From Eledone cirrhosa (taxonomy: Eukaryota), in NCBI GenBank assembly GCA_964016885.1, contig OZ024744.1:70928001-70992000 (forward strand): DNA of 64,000 nt, read 5' to 3'. A program made the position numbers and the translations under genes. Positions 53,586 through 64,000 of the stretch are shown here, one piece after another. Each line of letters begins with the position of its first letter. Position 1 is the first letter of the stretch. Below the pieces are notes generated by a model. That model was not told the origin of the DNA, ran no database searches, and saw nothing but the letters and a program-made list of their open reading frames with translations.

Positions 53586-54344
53586 ATGGCGATGAGACTA
53601 CGAACGAGCGAAGCGATTAGGGCATTTACCGGTGAAGGCGTTGTCGCTTGGCTGCAAAAAGTCCAGCTGGTCGCAAGCTTACAGAAGATAGAAGATGTGG
53701 CTGGCCTCATGGCACTGTACCTCAAGGGGGGTGCGTTGGTACTCTTCCTTGAGTTGGATGAACACAGCCAAAGGGATGCTCAAAAGATCGAGAGGCGCAT
53801 GATGGAAGCGTTCGCGGAGGGACCGTTAGCCGCTTTTGCTAAGCTGGCAAGAATTAGATGGAACGGTGAACGCGTTGACATTTTCGCAGCTGAAATACGG
53901 CGACTGGCCATGTTGGCTGGATATCAGGTGGAATGCGAACGCACGGTGCGGTTGGCGTTCATAAATGGATTTCCAGACGACATAGCGGTGAAACTGAAGC
54001 AAGTCCCGGGTTACAAGGAAATGGAGATGCATGCACTGGTGGAGCAAGCCCGCATCATAGCAGAAGATGCCAAGAAGAGTGTCGCGGCGATAGCAATAAC
54101 AGAGGCCCAAGGCAGCCGGCAGCGAAATGGTGAAAGGGAGGCAACCACGGCACGCGGTCGCCCACGAACGTTTAGAGGTCGCTGTTTTAGGTGCCAGGAC
54201 CCGCACATGGCGAGAGACTATAGAGAGTCAAGGCCGGACAAAATATGCTACCGAAGTAAGCGACCAGGCCACATCGCTACTAACTGCGACCAGGGAAACG
54301 ATCCAAGGGGAACTACTGCATCGGTAGTTGCCCCTTACGAGTAG
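53586..54344 (+). CDS. gag: Gag with two partly decayed zinc knuckles
   Basis: CFRCQDPHMARDY and CYRSKRPGHIATNC near the C-terminus; lies just downstream of the 5' LTR. Confidence 0.85.
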   Translation: MAMRLRTSEAIRAFTGEGVVAWLQKVQLVASLQKIEDVAGLMALYLKGGALVLFLELDEHSQRDAQKIERRMMEAFAEGPLAAFAKLARIRWNGERVDIFAAEIRRLAMLAGYQVECERTVRLAFINGFPDDIAVKLKQVPGYKEMEMHALVEQARIIAEDAKKSVAAIAITEAQGSRQRNGEREATTARGRPRTFRGRCFRCQDPHMARDYRESRPDKICYRSKRPGHIATNCDQGNDPRGTTASVVAPYE

Positions 54345-57110
54345 AGGCGCTGCCCGTGGTGGAAGTCTTTGTGAGGGGAAAGCCACAGTGAGCCCTCGTG
54401 GACATGGGCTGTATGACGACACTGGTGATCACGGGGGTGGCGCAGAGGTGGAGAGGGAAGAGCAGTGTAAGGGCAGTCAACGGTAGGAAAATTGAATGCC
54501 GAGGTCGCAGCGAGGTGGAGATGGCGGTACGGGGAAGGAAAATAAGGCTTTCTGCCATCGTAGTCGACAATGTGGTGGATGGGATCGGCGTAGTTATGAG
54601 CATGGACGCAATTGGCCGTCTAGGAGGCAATACAGTGAACAACGTTGGTGTGTCGTTTGGTGCCGCTGCATTGGTATGCGCGGTGAGTATGCGACAGGTG
54701 AACCAGAAGGCCCACGAGGGGAAATACCCCGCTTACACTGTGCAGGACAAAGACTTCAAGGCCGTATTCGATGGGCAGCGATGGGTTGTTGAGTGGTACT
54801 GGAAGAGAGAACCACCAACACTGAAGACCAAAGTGGGCTGCTATCAACACACATTGAAGGGAGACATTAGAAGTGAGTTTGAGCGAGAGGTAGAGAGATG
54901 GATTGAGGAGGGCATACTGCTTCCCTGGAAAGAGGAGGTGAAGTGCGGAGTATTGCCGTTAATGGCAGTGGCGCAACCCACGAAGAACAAGGTGAGGCCG
55001 GTACTGGACTTTCGAGAGCTGAACGAGCATGTTTCATTCCACACGAGTGGCGCGGTCACGGATGTCTGTGGGGAAACCCTGCGTGAGTGGAGACGCATAA
55101 CGGGGGTTCCGCAATCGTAAATCTAAACTCAGCATACTTGCAATTGCATATAGATGAGAAGCTCTGGCAATATCAGCTGGTCAGGTATAAGGGCCGGACA
55201 TATTGCCTGACCAGGCTCGGTTTCGAGCTGAGCTCCGCACCGAAGATCATAGCGGCGGTCCTCAAGACCATTCTGGGAAAGGCCGACAAGATGAAGAGGG
55301 CCACTAACTCCTACATTGACGACATCCTAGTGGACGAGTCTGTAGTGTCGGCAGCGGAGGTCATGAGCCATTTACAGGGGTATGAACTGGCTGCGAAGCC
55401 GTCAGAAGCGTTGGAGGGAGGAGCCGCGCTGGGACTTAGGCTACGGCGAGACAGGACGGGCGTCTTGGTATTCCAGAGGGGAAATGAAGTTCCAGAACTG
55501 GGCCCAAGTATGAGTAGGCGGGAGCTTTTCTCGGTGTGTGGAAAGTTGGTGGGTCACTACCCGATTGCTGGGTGGCTCCGGACAGCATGCAGCTATGTCA
55601 AGAGATGAGCGGGAGGGGTGACTTGGAGTGACAGAGTGGGAGAGAGGACGGTGGCCATGATGCAGGAGATCGTGGAGAGGGTGAAGGCCGACGACCCAGT
55701 GCGGGGACGCTGGTATGTTCCCAAATCGCAGAGCAGGACCGTATGGTGCGATGCCTGCAGCATAGCACTGGGTGTCACGTTGGAGATAGGAGGTGTTGAG
55801 GTCGAGGATGCAGCCTGGCTTAGGAAGAAGGACGACTGCAACCACATCAATGTGGCCGAACTGGACGCAGTGTTGAGAGGGGTGAACCTCGCCCTGAGGT
55901 GGGGACTGCGCACCATCGAGATACGCACCGACTCGGCTACTGTACTCAGATGGGTGAGATCAATGCTCACCAGTGAGAAGAGAGTGCAAACGAGAGGGGC
56001 GGCGGATATGCTGATAAAGCGCCGCCTGGGAACTTTAGGAGAGCTGGTCACCAAGTTCGACCTGAGGCTGAGCGTAGTTTTCGTGCCCTCAGAGAAAAAT
56101 AGGGCGGACATCTTAACCAGGGTGAAGAAAGCCTGGATGGAATCGCCGGAGAAGGTAGAAGAGGAGATAGCTGTCGTGTGTTGGCTGACCAAGTCGGATC
56201 TGAAAGGGTTGCATGACATGCACCACATGGGAGTGGATAGGACCCTGTTCCTAGCCAGGAGAATCGACTCGGACGTTAACAGACACAGTGTTCAAAGGGT
56301 GGTTAGAGGCTGCGTCCAATGTCAGTCCATTGATCCCGCCCCGGGTGTGCACGAAACGGGAAGCCTCCCGGTGGATCGCGACTGGAAGCGATTGGTGGTG
56401 GATGTGACACACTACCGACAGGGAACGTACCTCTCGATGGTCGACTGTGGACCAGGACGGATGGCGATATGGAGGGAGATGAAGACTGGAACGGCCAAGG
56501 AAATCATGCGGACGTTGAGAGAGGTGTTCTTGGAGCGGGGCCCTGTGGACGAACTGCTGATGGAAAACAGCACAGCGTTCCGCTCAGAGGCGCTGAGGGT
56601 GATGCTCGATGGATGGATGGTGGACCGTTTCTTCAGAGCAGCGTACAGGCCGAGCGGAAATGGAATTGTGGAGCTACACCACCGGACGATCAAAGCAATG
56701 GCGGAGCGGAGCCACATCTCACCAATGGAGGCAGTGTTCTGGTACACGATGTCCCCTTGGGGGGGACAGGTTGAGGAATCGGTGCCACACAGAGCAGTAT
56801 TCAGATACGGGTGGCAGCACCCATGCATGCCACCACAACGGGTAGTGGGGAGAGAGAATGCATTTGAGCAGGTGGGCGAAGAAGTCTGGGTTAAGCCCCC
56901 AGATGCACGTTGCACATCTCAATGGGGAAGGGGAACGGTGACGGCTGTAAATTCCTAGAACAATGTGTCCATGGACGGAGTACCAAGTCATGTCCTGGAT
57001 GTCCGTAGAATTACTGGGTCAACGGACTCCGAGGAAGAGGAAACCTAAAGTGCCGCCCCAACACTGCGGAGATCACAAAGAAGTCGCAAACCACCAACCT
57101 GGACAGCAGA
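54293..57110 (+). pseudogene. pol: Pol (protease, RT, RNase H, integrase) broken by stops and one frameshift
   Basis: PR ALVDMGC; RT RPVLDFRELN, YCLTRLGF, YIDD; RH VWCDA, HINVAELDA, TDSATV; IN H..HMG..CVQC, VDVTH, GIVE. Stops at ~54389, 55606 and 56956; frameshift at ~55105. Confidence 0.9.
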
Positions 57111-58157
57111 CTTTCATATGCAGAAGGACGAGGGGGAAATTGATCCTTGAGATAGGGGGGGGGGGGGGCGTGTGGGTATGGTGTGGTGTGCGGTGGCCGG
57201 AAGCTGGGGAGTGCTCGACCGGAAGAGTGCTTGACCGGAAAGGTGCTTGACCAGAAGGGTGCTCGACCGGAAGGGCCAGCAGGTCGGCCTCTCTCTAGCG
57301 GTGATTAGGAACGTGGTGGACGCGAGTTTTGCAGCTCCCGGTTTTAATGAGTTGGATTGTATGCACGTGGAAGAGGAGAAACCAGCCATGGGATCTAGCG
57401 GCGCCTGTGAAAAGCGGTAAATGAGGTAGCTTTTTCTAACCACAATATATATATGTATATATGAAACACAAATTCAAATAATTTTGAAAATCAAACAATG
57501 CATTAGAAAGAAAATTAAATTGCCAAGATAACAAAAGAATCTTACCTTAACAAATTTAATGATCCCATATATTTTCGGGTTTAAAAACCCAATATGGCCA
57601 GTTTAAATGCTAAAGGGTTAACAATTTCAACATGTTTTATTTACCTATGAAATATAGTCTACTAAGTTGGACATATAAGCTCCTGGAATTGGTAAAAAGT
57701 GGACAGCATCACCCATGAAAGTCAAACTCACATTTACCACATACTGTATGGCTATGCTACCCTTAAACCAAAGTGGGGTTGACCACTCCTTTCCATTTTT
57801 CTTTTTATACATGTGTTGTCGAAGAGACAATTACTTTCAAGTTAAAATTTCTCTGTTAGAATTTTCTTATTAGTTTATTTCGAACAACAAAGTTCCTAAG
57901 TCTATAATTTAATCAACATTTCTAGACTTTCATAGTTTCATCATCAGGAGTGTTGTTGGTTTATTTTTTTACTGCATCTTTTATTATAGGCAGATATAAT
58001 ATATGATGTTTTATGTGGTTCAGCATACATCACCATCATTCTGTGGCTTTCACACCGAAATTTTGTATGATGGAGAAGTAAGAAAGAATTAATAAAAAAC
58101 AAAAACAAAAAAACCCCAGAGAAATACAGGACCTAGAACTTACATATATACTCAATA

Positions 58158-59583
58158 TCTATACTATGAAGCTGACGGTCGTATGTAGGTAACAAACTTT
58201 CCGCCAAAAGGCTGGACCAAACAGCACCAAATTTGCACCATAGATGTAACTTTTTCCAAGTAAAAAAGTGAGGGTATTTTTGTCTACTGAATTTTGTTAA
58301 AAGATTAAAGACATTATTTAAATATTCACTTCTTTAAAATTTCAAATGTCAACACTTCCGGTAATACATCATTCCTCACTTTTTCTTATGACGTCGCACA
58401 ACATTCCCCTCTTTTTCTCAGTCTGTCTTTTTAGATAGATACATAGCTATAACGTAGCGCCCTTATAATATCTCTCTGCATGTATGGCTGTCTGCATTAG
58501 ATAACGTTTTTCAAAATATTTACTTCTACATTCACAGACAGATTTTTTTAGTTTCAGAAGATCCCGTTAAGGGTGAAAGCAGCAATTCTTTGCTTAAACT
58601 TTAATCTGTTATTTTAATATATATATTCGTGTACAGATATTTTTGCATACACAAAACAAAAACCTATTTATTTCACAAAAGCAGACGGCTTATCGTCATT
58701 GTTACTGTTCGAGATTAGAGGACCACAGTCTTTCCAAGATCTGAGAACCATCAATGGCCATCAATGTTCCACTTATCGTTAGGCTTGCCAGATGCGTGGT
58801 ATGTTACACGATCACAGCCATTGGAACCTCACCCTGCAAGAAACAGCAACTGCTAAAGTCCCTTCTCAGCTGTGAAAACATTTTGCTATTATGTTGCACC
58901 ACTGTGATCTCGCCAACCCTCTCACAATGTGGAACAACCACCGTGAAAGTCTAGCTGAGGACATCCTCCACCACACACGCATACACAATCCGAACGTAAC
59001 ATACGATGTCGTTTTCAATGAGGCGCTCATTTGTCTTGAAAACAGTGTCCTGGAGATTGGTGGTAAGCCTCTAAGTCACTACAGCTTACCTGCTCCTGAC
59101 AGGAGTGTCCAGAGGTCAACACCTACAGAGCTTCTCCGCGAGACGAGCTACGAAATCAGTATTCTCCCATGGTCAATTGTATGTAGGATGCTCTAGGGTG
59201 AGCTCGCCAAACAATCTCTTCATCTTTGCTCCGGAGGGCCGAATAAAAAATATTGTATACTCTGAGGTTCTAACAATGTAATTTAAATATTTTCTGTTAC
59301 TTGGAATTTCCATTATGGTTGTACAAATTATTGTTTGTTAAAAAATGTGTTCTCTGTTCAGCCTTTATTGTTGTAACTATCAATTTTCTTGAACGTACTG
59401 GCTGCTGAACTGGGGAATCCTAAAAACTATTCAAACCCAACATCAGCGCACGTTAAACTCCCCACTCCATCCCCTTGCTGACTTGAGAGGGTGTGCGGTA
59501 TCTTTGCACAAGTGTAGGGGGGATTCCTGAAAAGATAAAATGCCGGTACATCTAGCTGGGCGCCAGCGGGACGGGCCAGCTAG
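58158..59583 (+). mobile_element. Internally deleted Helitron carrying a RepHel fragment (~58690-59155)
   Basis: A|TC...CTAG|T termini and a subterminal GC hairpin. LLLFEIRGPQSFQDLRTINGHQCSTYR and NPLTMWNNHRESLAEDILH..FNEALICLE..PAPDR..ELLRETSY match the region between Rep and helicase. Confidence 0.88.
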
Positions 59584-60097
59584 TCTATAAATAAATTTGA
59601 GCTACTTCCATCTGTTTGTCACACAATGTGTGTGTTTGTGTGAATGTATGTCTGTGTAAAAGGAAGGGGTTGGTGAAAAAACCACAGTAAAACTGCGGCT
59701 GGCGTTACATTTGCTATGTCGCATTTGAGTGTGTGTTTGTTTGTGTAAATATGTATGTGTTTGTTTGAACATATGTGTGTTTGTGTGAATGTATGTCTGT
59801 GAGTGTGTATTTTTGTAAGTGTGTCTGTGTTTGTGTGTTTATATTTATATACTGATCATCATCATCATCATCGTTTAATGCCCATCTTCCACACTAGCAT
59901 GAGTTAAACGGGTTTGTCCCATTTAGAGGCAAGTTGGGTGAACGTGTCTTACTCATATAAGACTGTTTCTGGCTGGTTTTCTATGGCTGGATGCCCTTCC
60001 TAATGCCAACCACATTTATATTGTCTACCGGGTGCTTTTTGTCATGTCTTTTACACAACAACATTTCAGTGTGGACTGGATGTTTTGTGGTACCAAC

Positions 60098-60277
<180 letters not shown>

Positions 60278-60751
60278 AGGCGTATTTCATTTGTTGGAAG
60301 TCCGACAAATATAAATGTTTATAACTGATTTAGAGCACTCAACAAGTTACTAGAGTAAATATTCAATGATATTAAATAAATGGAAACTATATTTATAAAA
60401 CCATATTTATTTTATTATATATATTTCTAGGGTACCAAGACAACATTGGTACGCTTTCAGCAGATAAAATACAAAGTTTGTTTTATAAATAGAGACGTAC
60501 CTATGAAAATCATACCTTATTGGTTGGAAATTCACTGGATAGTGGAAATATATTAGGGATTATTCAAACTTATGTGTGAATATGCAAATGAATATGTAAA
60601 TAATTGAAAAACAACCGTTTATTTAAACGACTATATATATATATACACTATATATATGTGTGCATGTATGTATATACATACTACTGTATGTCTGTATATA
60701 TATATGTATGTACGTATACATACTTATATTTAAGTATCAGCCGTACTAAGA

Positions 60752-63700
60752 GTGAGAAATGAAATTTCATTTTTCCATAGACCCTCCCCTACGAGTGTCG
60801 ACAAATGCCCAAAACTCCGAGTTGGTACCATCAATGTAGGCTCAATGAAAGGAAGAGCAGGAGAAATCGTAGAAATGCTAGAGCGAAAGGAAGTTGATGT
60901 ATGCTGTGTGCAAGAGACTAGATGGAGAGGAGGGTCTGCTAGAGTCCTTGTAGGAAAAAGCCAGTGCTACAAATTTTTCTGGGTGGGAAATGACGATGGG
61001 ATGGGTGGTGTAGGTATACTATTAGCTGACAAGTGGGTAGATAAAGTAATCTCAGTGTACAGGGTAAATGCAAGAATCATTAAACTCAGACTAGTCCTGA
61101 ATAAGACAATTACCACAATAATATCAGCTTACGCACCCCAATCGGGACTGCCAGACGAACTTAAGGATAGGTTTTACGAGTCCCTAATACACACTACTGC
61201 TCTAACAGACGACAAGGACTTCCTAATCATTGCAGGAGATTTTAACGGACACGTAGGTAAACACTGCGACGGCTTCAATAGAGTACATGGAGGCCATGGA
61301 GTTGGCACAAGGAATGAGGAAGGATTCAGACTTCTAGAATTCTGCGACGCCAATGACATGTCGATATGTAACACAAACTTTAAAAAACCCGACAACCACC
61401 TGATCACCTATAGATCAGGGGAGCACTCTAGTCAGTTAGATTTTATCCTCATCAGAGGACGTGACAGATGGACGGTCGTAAACACAAAAGCCTTCCCTAG
61501 TGAGGAATGTACATCCCAACATAGCTTAGTTGTCAGCGACCTCACGGTCAGAACTAGACGAGCCCTGAAACAGAGGCCAACCTGGAGAAGAAAGATCTGG
61601 AAGCTGAAAGTCCCCTCAACCAGTAACAGATTTAAAGATATTTTACTCAACGCCTACGACAGTAAAGAAGAACAGATAGAGACATTTAACGTAGAAGAGA
61701 ACTGGGAGTTCCTAAAAAATAACTTACTAGAGGCGACGGATGAGGTTTGTGGCTGGAGTAAGACCTCAAGCAGGAGGAGAGTGACTTGGTGGTGGAACAA
61801 TAAGGTAGATGAAGCAGTCAAGGCCAAGAGACAGGCATGGAAAGAATGGAAGAACGGGGGGAGCAGGGTACATTACATAGAGACCAAGAGGGAAGCTAGG
61901 CGACAAGTATACTTAGCTAGGAGGGAAGCAGAGGATAGAAAATTCAAGCATGTTTTACAACGTGAGGACCAGAAACAGGAGGTATTCAAGATTGCGAGGC
62001 AGTGTGTCAGAGATAGTTGTGATGTCATTGGAGAGAAGTGTATCCGGAATGATAAAGGTGAGCTTGCCCTCACAAGTGCTGAGAAGAAAGATGCATGGAA
62101 GAGTCATTATGATAGATTACTAAATGAGGAGAATGCATGGGAAGAAGAGACCCTACCCCACGTAGACCCTATAGAGGGACCAGCAGTACAAGTCAGCGGC
62201 AGCGTAGTAAGTAAGGCAATCAGAGATATGAAGATAGGGAAGGCAACCGGTCCATCGGGTATAGCTGCCGAGATGCTGAAGGCATCTGGGTCTGTAGGTC
62301 ACACTATAACCACACGTATTGTTAACCAGGTAATACTAGAGGGGGCCATACCAAAAGATTGGTGCAGTAGCATCATTGTCAACTGCTACAAAGGTAAAGG
62401 CGATGCACTAGATAGAGGAAACTATAGAGGTATAAAGTTGATGGACCAGGTCATGAAAGTAACAGAAAGAGTTATAGCACAGCTGATTAGGGACCGGGTG
62501 AATATAGACGAGATGCAATTTGGGTTTGTTCCAGGGAAAGGCACCACTGATGCGCTCTTCCTTGTGAGGCAATTACAGGAAAAGTACCTAGCTAAAAGTA
62601 AGCCACTCTACTTGGCATTTGTCGACCTTGAGAAAGCCTTTGACAGAGTTCCACGTGCAGTAATCTGGTGGGCTCTTAGAAAACTAGGAGTAGATGAATG
62701 GCTTGTGAAAGCGGTACAAGCCATGTATAGGGGAGCAGTCAGCAAAGTTAGGATTGGCAATGAGTATAGCGAGGAATTTAGCGTACAGGTTGGGGTCCAC
62801 CAGGGCTCTGTTCTTAGCCCTCTCCTGTTCATCATAGTCCTGCAGGCAATAACGGAGGAGTTTAAGACCGGATGCCCATGGGAACTCCTGTATGCTGATG
62901 ACCTCGCACTCATAGCTGAATCTATGGTAGAACTAGAGAATAAATTCCAAACCTGGAAGCAGGGACTAGAGAGAAAGGGCCTCAAAGTCAACATGACAAA
63001 GACTAAGGTCCTTATAAGTAGACGAGAAAACAGAACCCAGATCCCCTCAGGGAAATGGCCTTGCTCAGTATGTAGGAAAGGTGTAGGTAGGAACTCCATT
63101 CTTTGCCCCAAATGCAAACAATGGGTACACAAGAGATGTAGCGGGATCTCAGGAAGCTTAATTAAGAATGTAGGATTCACATGCAGCAGCTGTGCTGAAA
63201 CAGCAAGCAAACAGCCACAGGAAACAAGTACCACCAATCTCTGGGAGGGCCCTGTAGAAACAGTAGACAGCTTCTGCTACCTAGGTGACCGAATTAGCAA
63301 CGGAGGTGGGTGCTCAGAAAGTACAATAACTAGGGTAAGAACGGGATGGAAGAAGTTTAGGGAACTACTACCACTGCTAGCTGCAAAAGGCTTCTCCCTC
63401 AGAATGAAAGGCAGACTGTATGATGCGTGTATCCGAACAGCGATGTTGCATGGTAGTGAGACCTGGGCGCTGAAGGTGGAAGACTTACGTAGATTAGAGA
63501 GAAACGAAGCCTGCATGCTCCGATGGATGTGTAACAGTAATATACGTGAACGACAAAGCATAAATGAATTGAGAGAGAGACTGAGCATAAGAGGAATCAA
63601 ATGCTGCGTGCAGGAGAGGCGGTTACGCTGGTATGGACATGTGATGCGTATGAAGGATGACAGCTGCATAAAAAGGTGCAGAGCACTAGAAGTTGATGGA

Positions 63701-63853
63701 AACCGCGGAGTGGGGAGACCCAAGATGACTTGGGATGAGGTGATAAAAGCCGACCTTACCCAACTACACCTCTCAAAGTCAATGACACACGACCGTGACT
63801 TCTGGCGTCACGCAGTAATACAGGGTACCCGACCTCCCATGGGTACATGCTGA
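60752..63853 (+). CDS. RTE LINE polyprotein: APE endonuclease, reverse transcriptase and inserted PHD-type zinc finger
   Basis: Endonuclease motifs GTINVGS, VQETRW, SAYAP, AGDFNGHVG, LDFIL, SQH. RT motifs NYRGIKL, QFGF, FVDLEKAFDRV, GVHQGSVLSP, YADD, FCYLG. No in-frame ATG before the first endonuclease motif. Confidence 0.95.
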   Translation: MRNEISFFHRPSPTSVDKCPKLRVGTINVGSMKGRAGEIVEMLERKEVDVCCVQETRWRGGSARVLVGKSQCYKFFWVGNDDGMGGVGILLADKWVDKVISVYRVNARIIKLRLVLNKTITTIISAYAPQSGLPDELKDRFYESLIHTTALTDDKDFLIIAGDFNGHVGKHCDGFNRVHGGHGVGTRNEEGFRLLEFCDANDMSICNTNFKKPDNHLITYRSGEHSSQLDFILIRGRDRWTVVNTKAFPSEECTSQHSLVVSDLTVRTRRALKQRPTWRRKIWKLKVPSTSNRFKDILLNAYDSKEEQIETFNVEENWEFLKNNLLEATDEVCGWSKTSSRRRVTWWWNNKVDEAVKAKRQAWKEWKNGGSRVHYIETKREARRQVYLARREAEDRKFKHVLQREDQKQEVFKIARQCVRDSCDVIGEKCIRNDKGELALTSAEKKDAWKSHYDRLLNEENAWEEETLPHVDPIEGPAVQVSGSVVSKAIRDMKIGKATGPSGIAAEMLKASGSVGHTITTRIVNQVILEGAIPKDWCSSIIVNCYKGKGDALDRGNYRGIKLMDQVMKVTERVIAQLIRDRVNIDEMQFGFVPGKGTTDALFLVRQLQEKYLAKSKPLYLAFVDLEKAFDRVPRAVIWWALRKLGVDEWLVKAVQAMYRGAVSKVRIGNEYSEEFSVQVGVHQGSVLSPLLFIIVLQAITEEFKTGCPWELLYADDLALIAESMVELENKFQTWKQGLERKGLKVNMTKTKVLISRRENRTQIPSGKWPCSVCRKGVGRNSILCPKCKQWVHKRCSGISGSLIKNVGFTCSSCAETASKQPQETSTTNLWEGPVETVDSFCYLGDRISNGGGCSESTITRVRTGWKKFRELLPLLAAKGFSLRMKGRLYDACIRTAMLHGSETWALKVEDLRRLERNEACMLRWMCNSNIRERQSINELRERLSIRGIKCCVQERRLRWYGHVMRMKDDSCIKRCRALEVDGNRGVGRPKMTWDEVIKADLTQLHLSKSMTHDRDFWRHAVIQGTRPPMGTC

Positions 63854-64000
63854 AGCATATAAACAATATGCCCCCCCCCCACCGCAAGGTGGTCGTGGAG
63901 GTGCCACGGCAAAAAAGCACCCAGCCCACACTGTAAAGTGGACGTGTAGGCGCCACGAAAAAGCACCCAGCACTCACTGTAAATGAGGTTGGTGTTAGGA
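60780..64000 (+). mobile_element. RTE-clade LINE, near full length; the 3' UTR runs off the window
   Basis: Single long APE+RT ORF followed by the 3' UTR shared with many truncated copies in the window (gtgccacggcaaaaaagcacccagcccacactgtaaagtgg repeats). 5' boundary approximate. Confidence 0.95.

Larger units (their letters stand above)
53210..57444 (+). mobile_element. Full-length compact LTR retrotransposon (gag; PR-RT-RH-IN order), mutationally inactivated
   Basis: TG...CA LTRs at 53210-53448 and 57171-57444, 5-bp TSD ATATA (53205-09 / 57445-49), G-rich PPT at ~57149-57170. Confidence 0.95.

Noticed and set aside
57645-57830. Upstream exon of the host gene
   Set aside because: Donor-like sites exist (AAT|GTGAGT, TAG|GTAAAT), but I found no convincing acceptor and frame combination.
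62608-63723. Long antisense ORFs over the RTE (also 27170-28150 and 41637-42146)
   Set aside because: These are shadow frames of the sense TE ORFs.

Overview
Eukaryotic, AT-rich, repeat-dense genomic DNA. The repeat complement (tRNA-derived SINEs, RTE/CR1/R4/Tx1/CRE LINEs, long (AC)/(AT) and (GAT)/(TAG) microsatellites) suggests an octopus or other coleoid cephalopod; this is inference. Four phase-compatible minus-strand exons (48504->24182) encode the C-terminus of an unidentified host protein. Its introns and flanks hold a near-complete RTE LINE with an open 1033-codon ORF and a PHD finger inside the RT, and a full-length 4.2-kb LTR retrotransposon with a -1 frameshift signal and no tRNA PBS. 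They also hold four Helitrons, Penelope, CRE and CR1 remnants, several MITE families and about 20 SINEs. The most system-like signal is a pile-up at 37.4-45.6 kb of R4/Dong, Tx1-like and SINE elements that all land in (TTA)n. The SINE shares its 3' tail with the Tx1-like LINE, which suggests a LINE-SINE partnership that creates its own landing pads. Most ORFs in the supplied track are microsatellite or antisense artefacts. Some boundaries are approximate because everything was read by eye.
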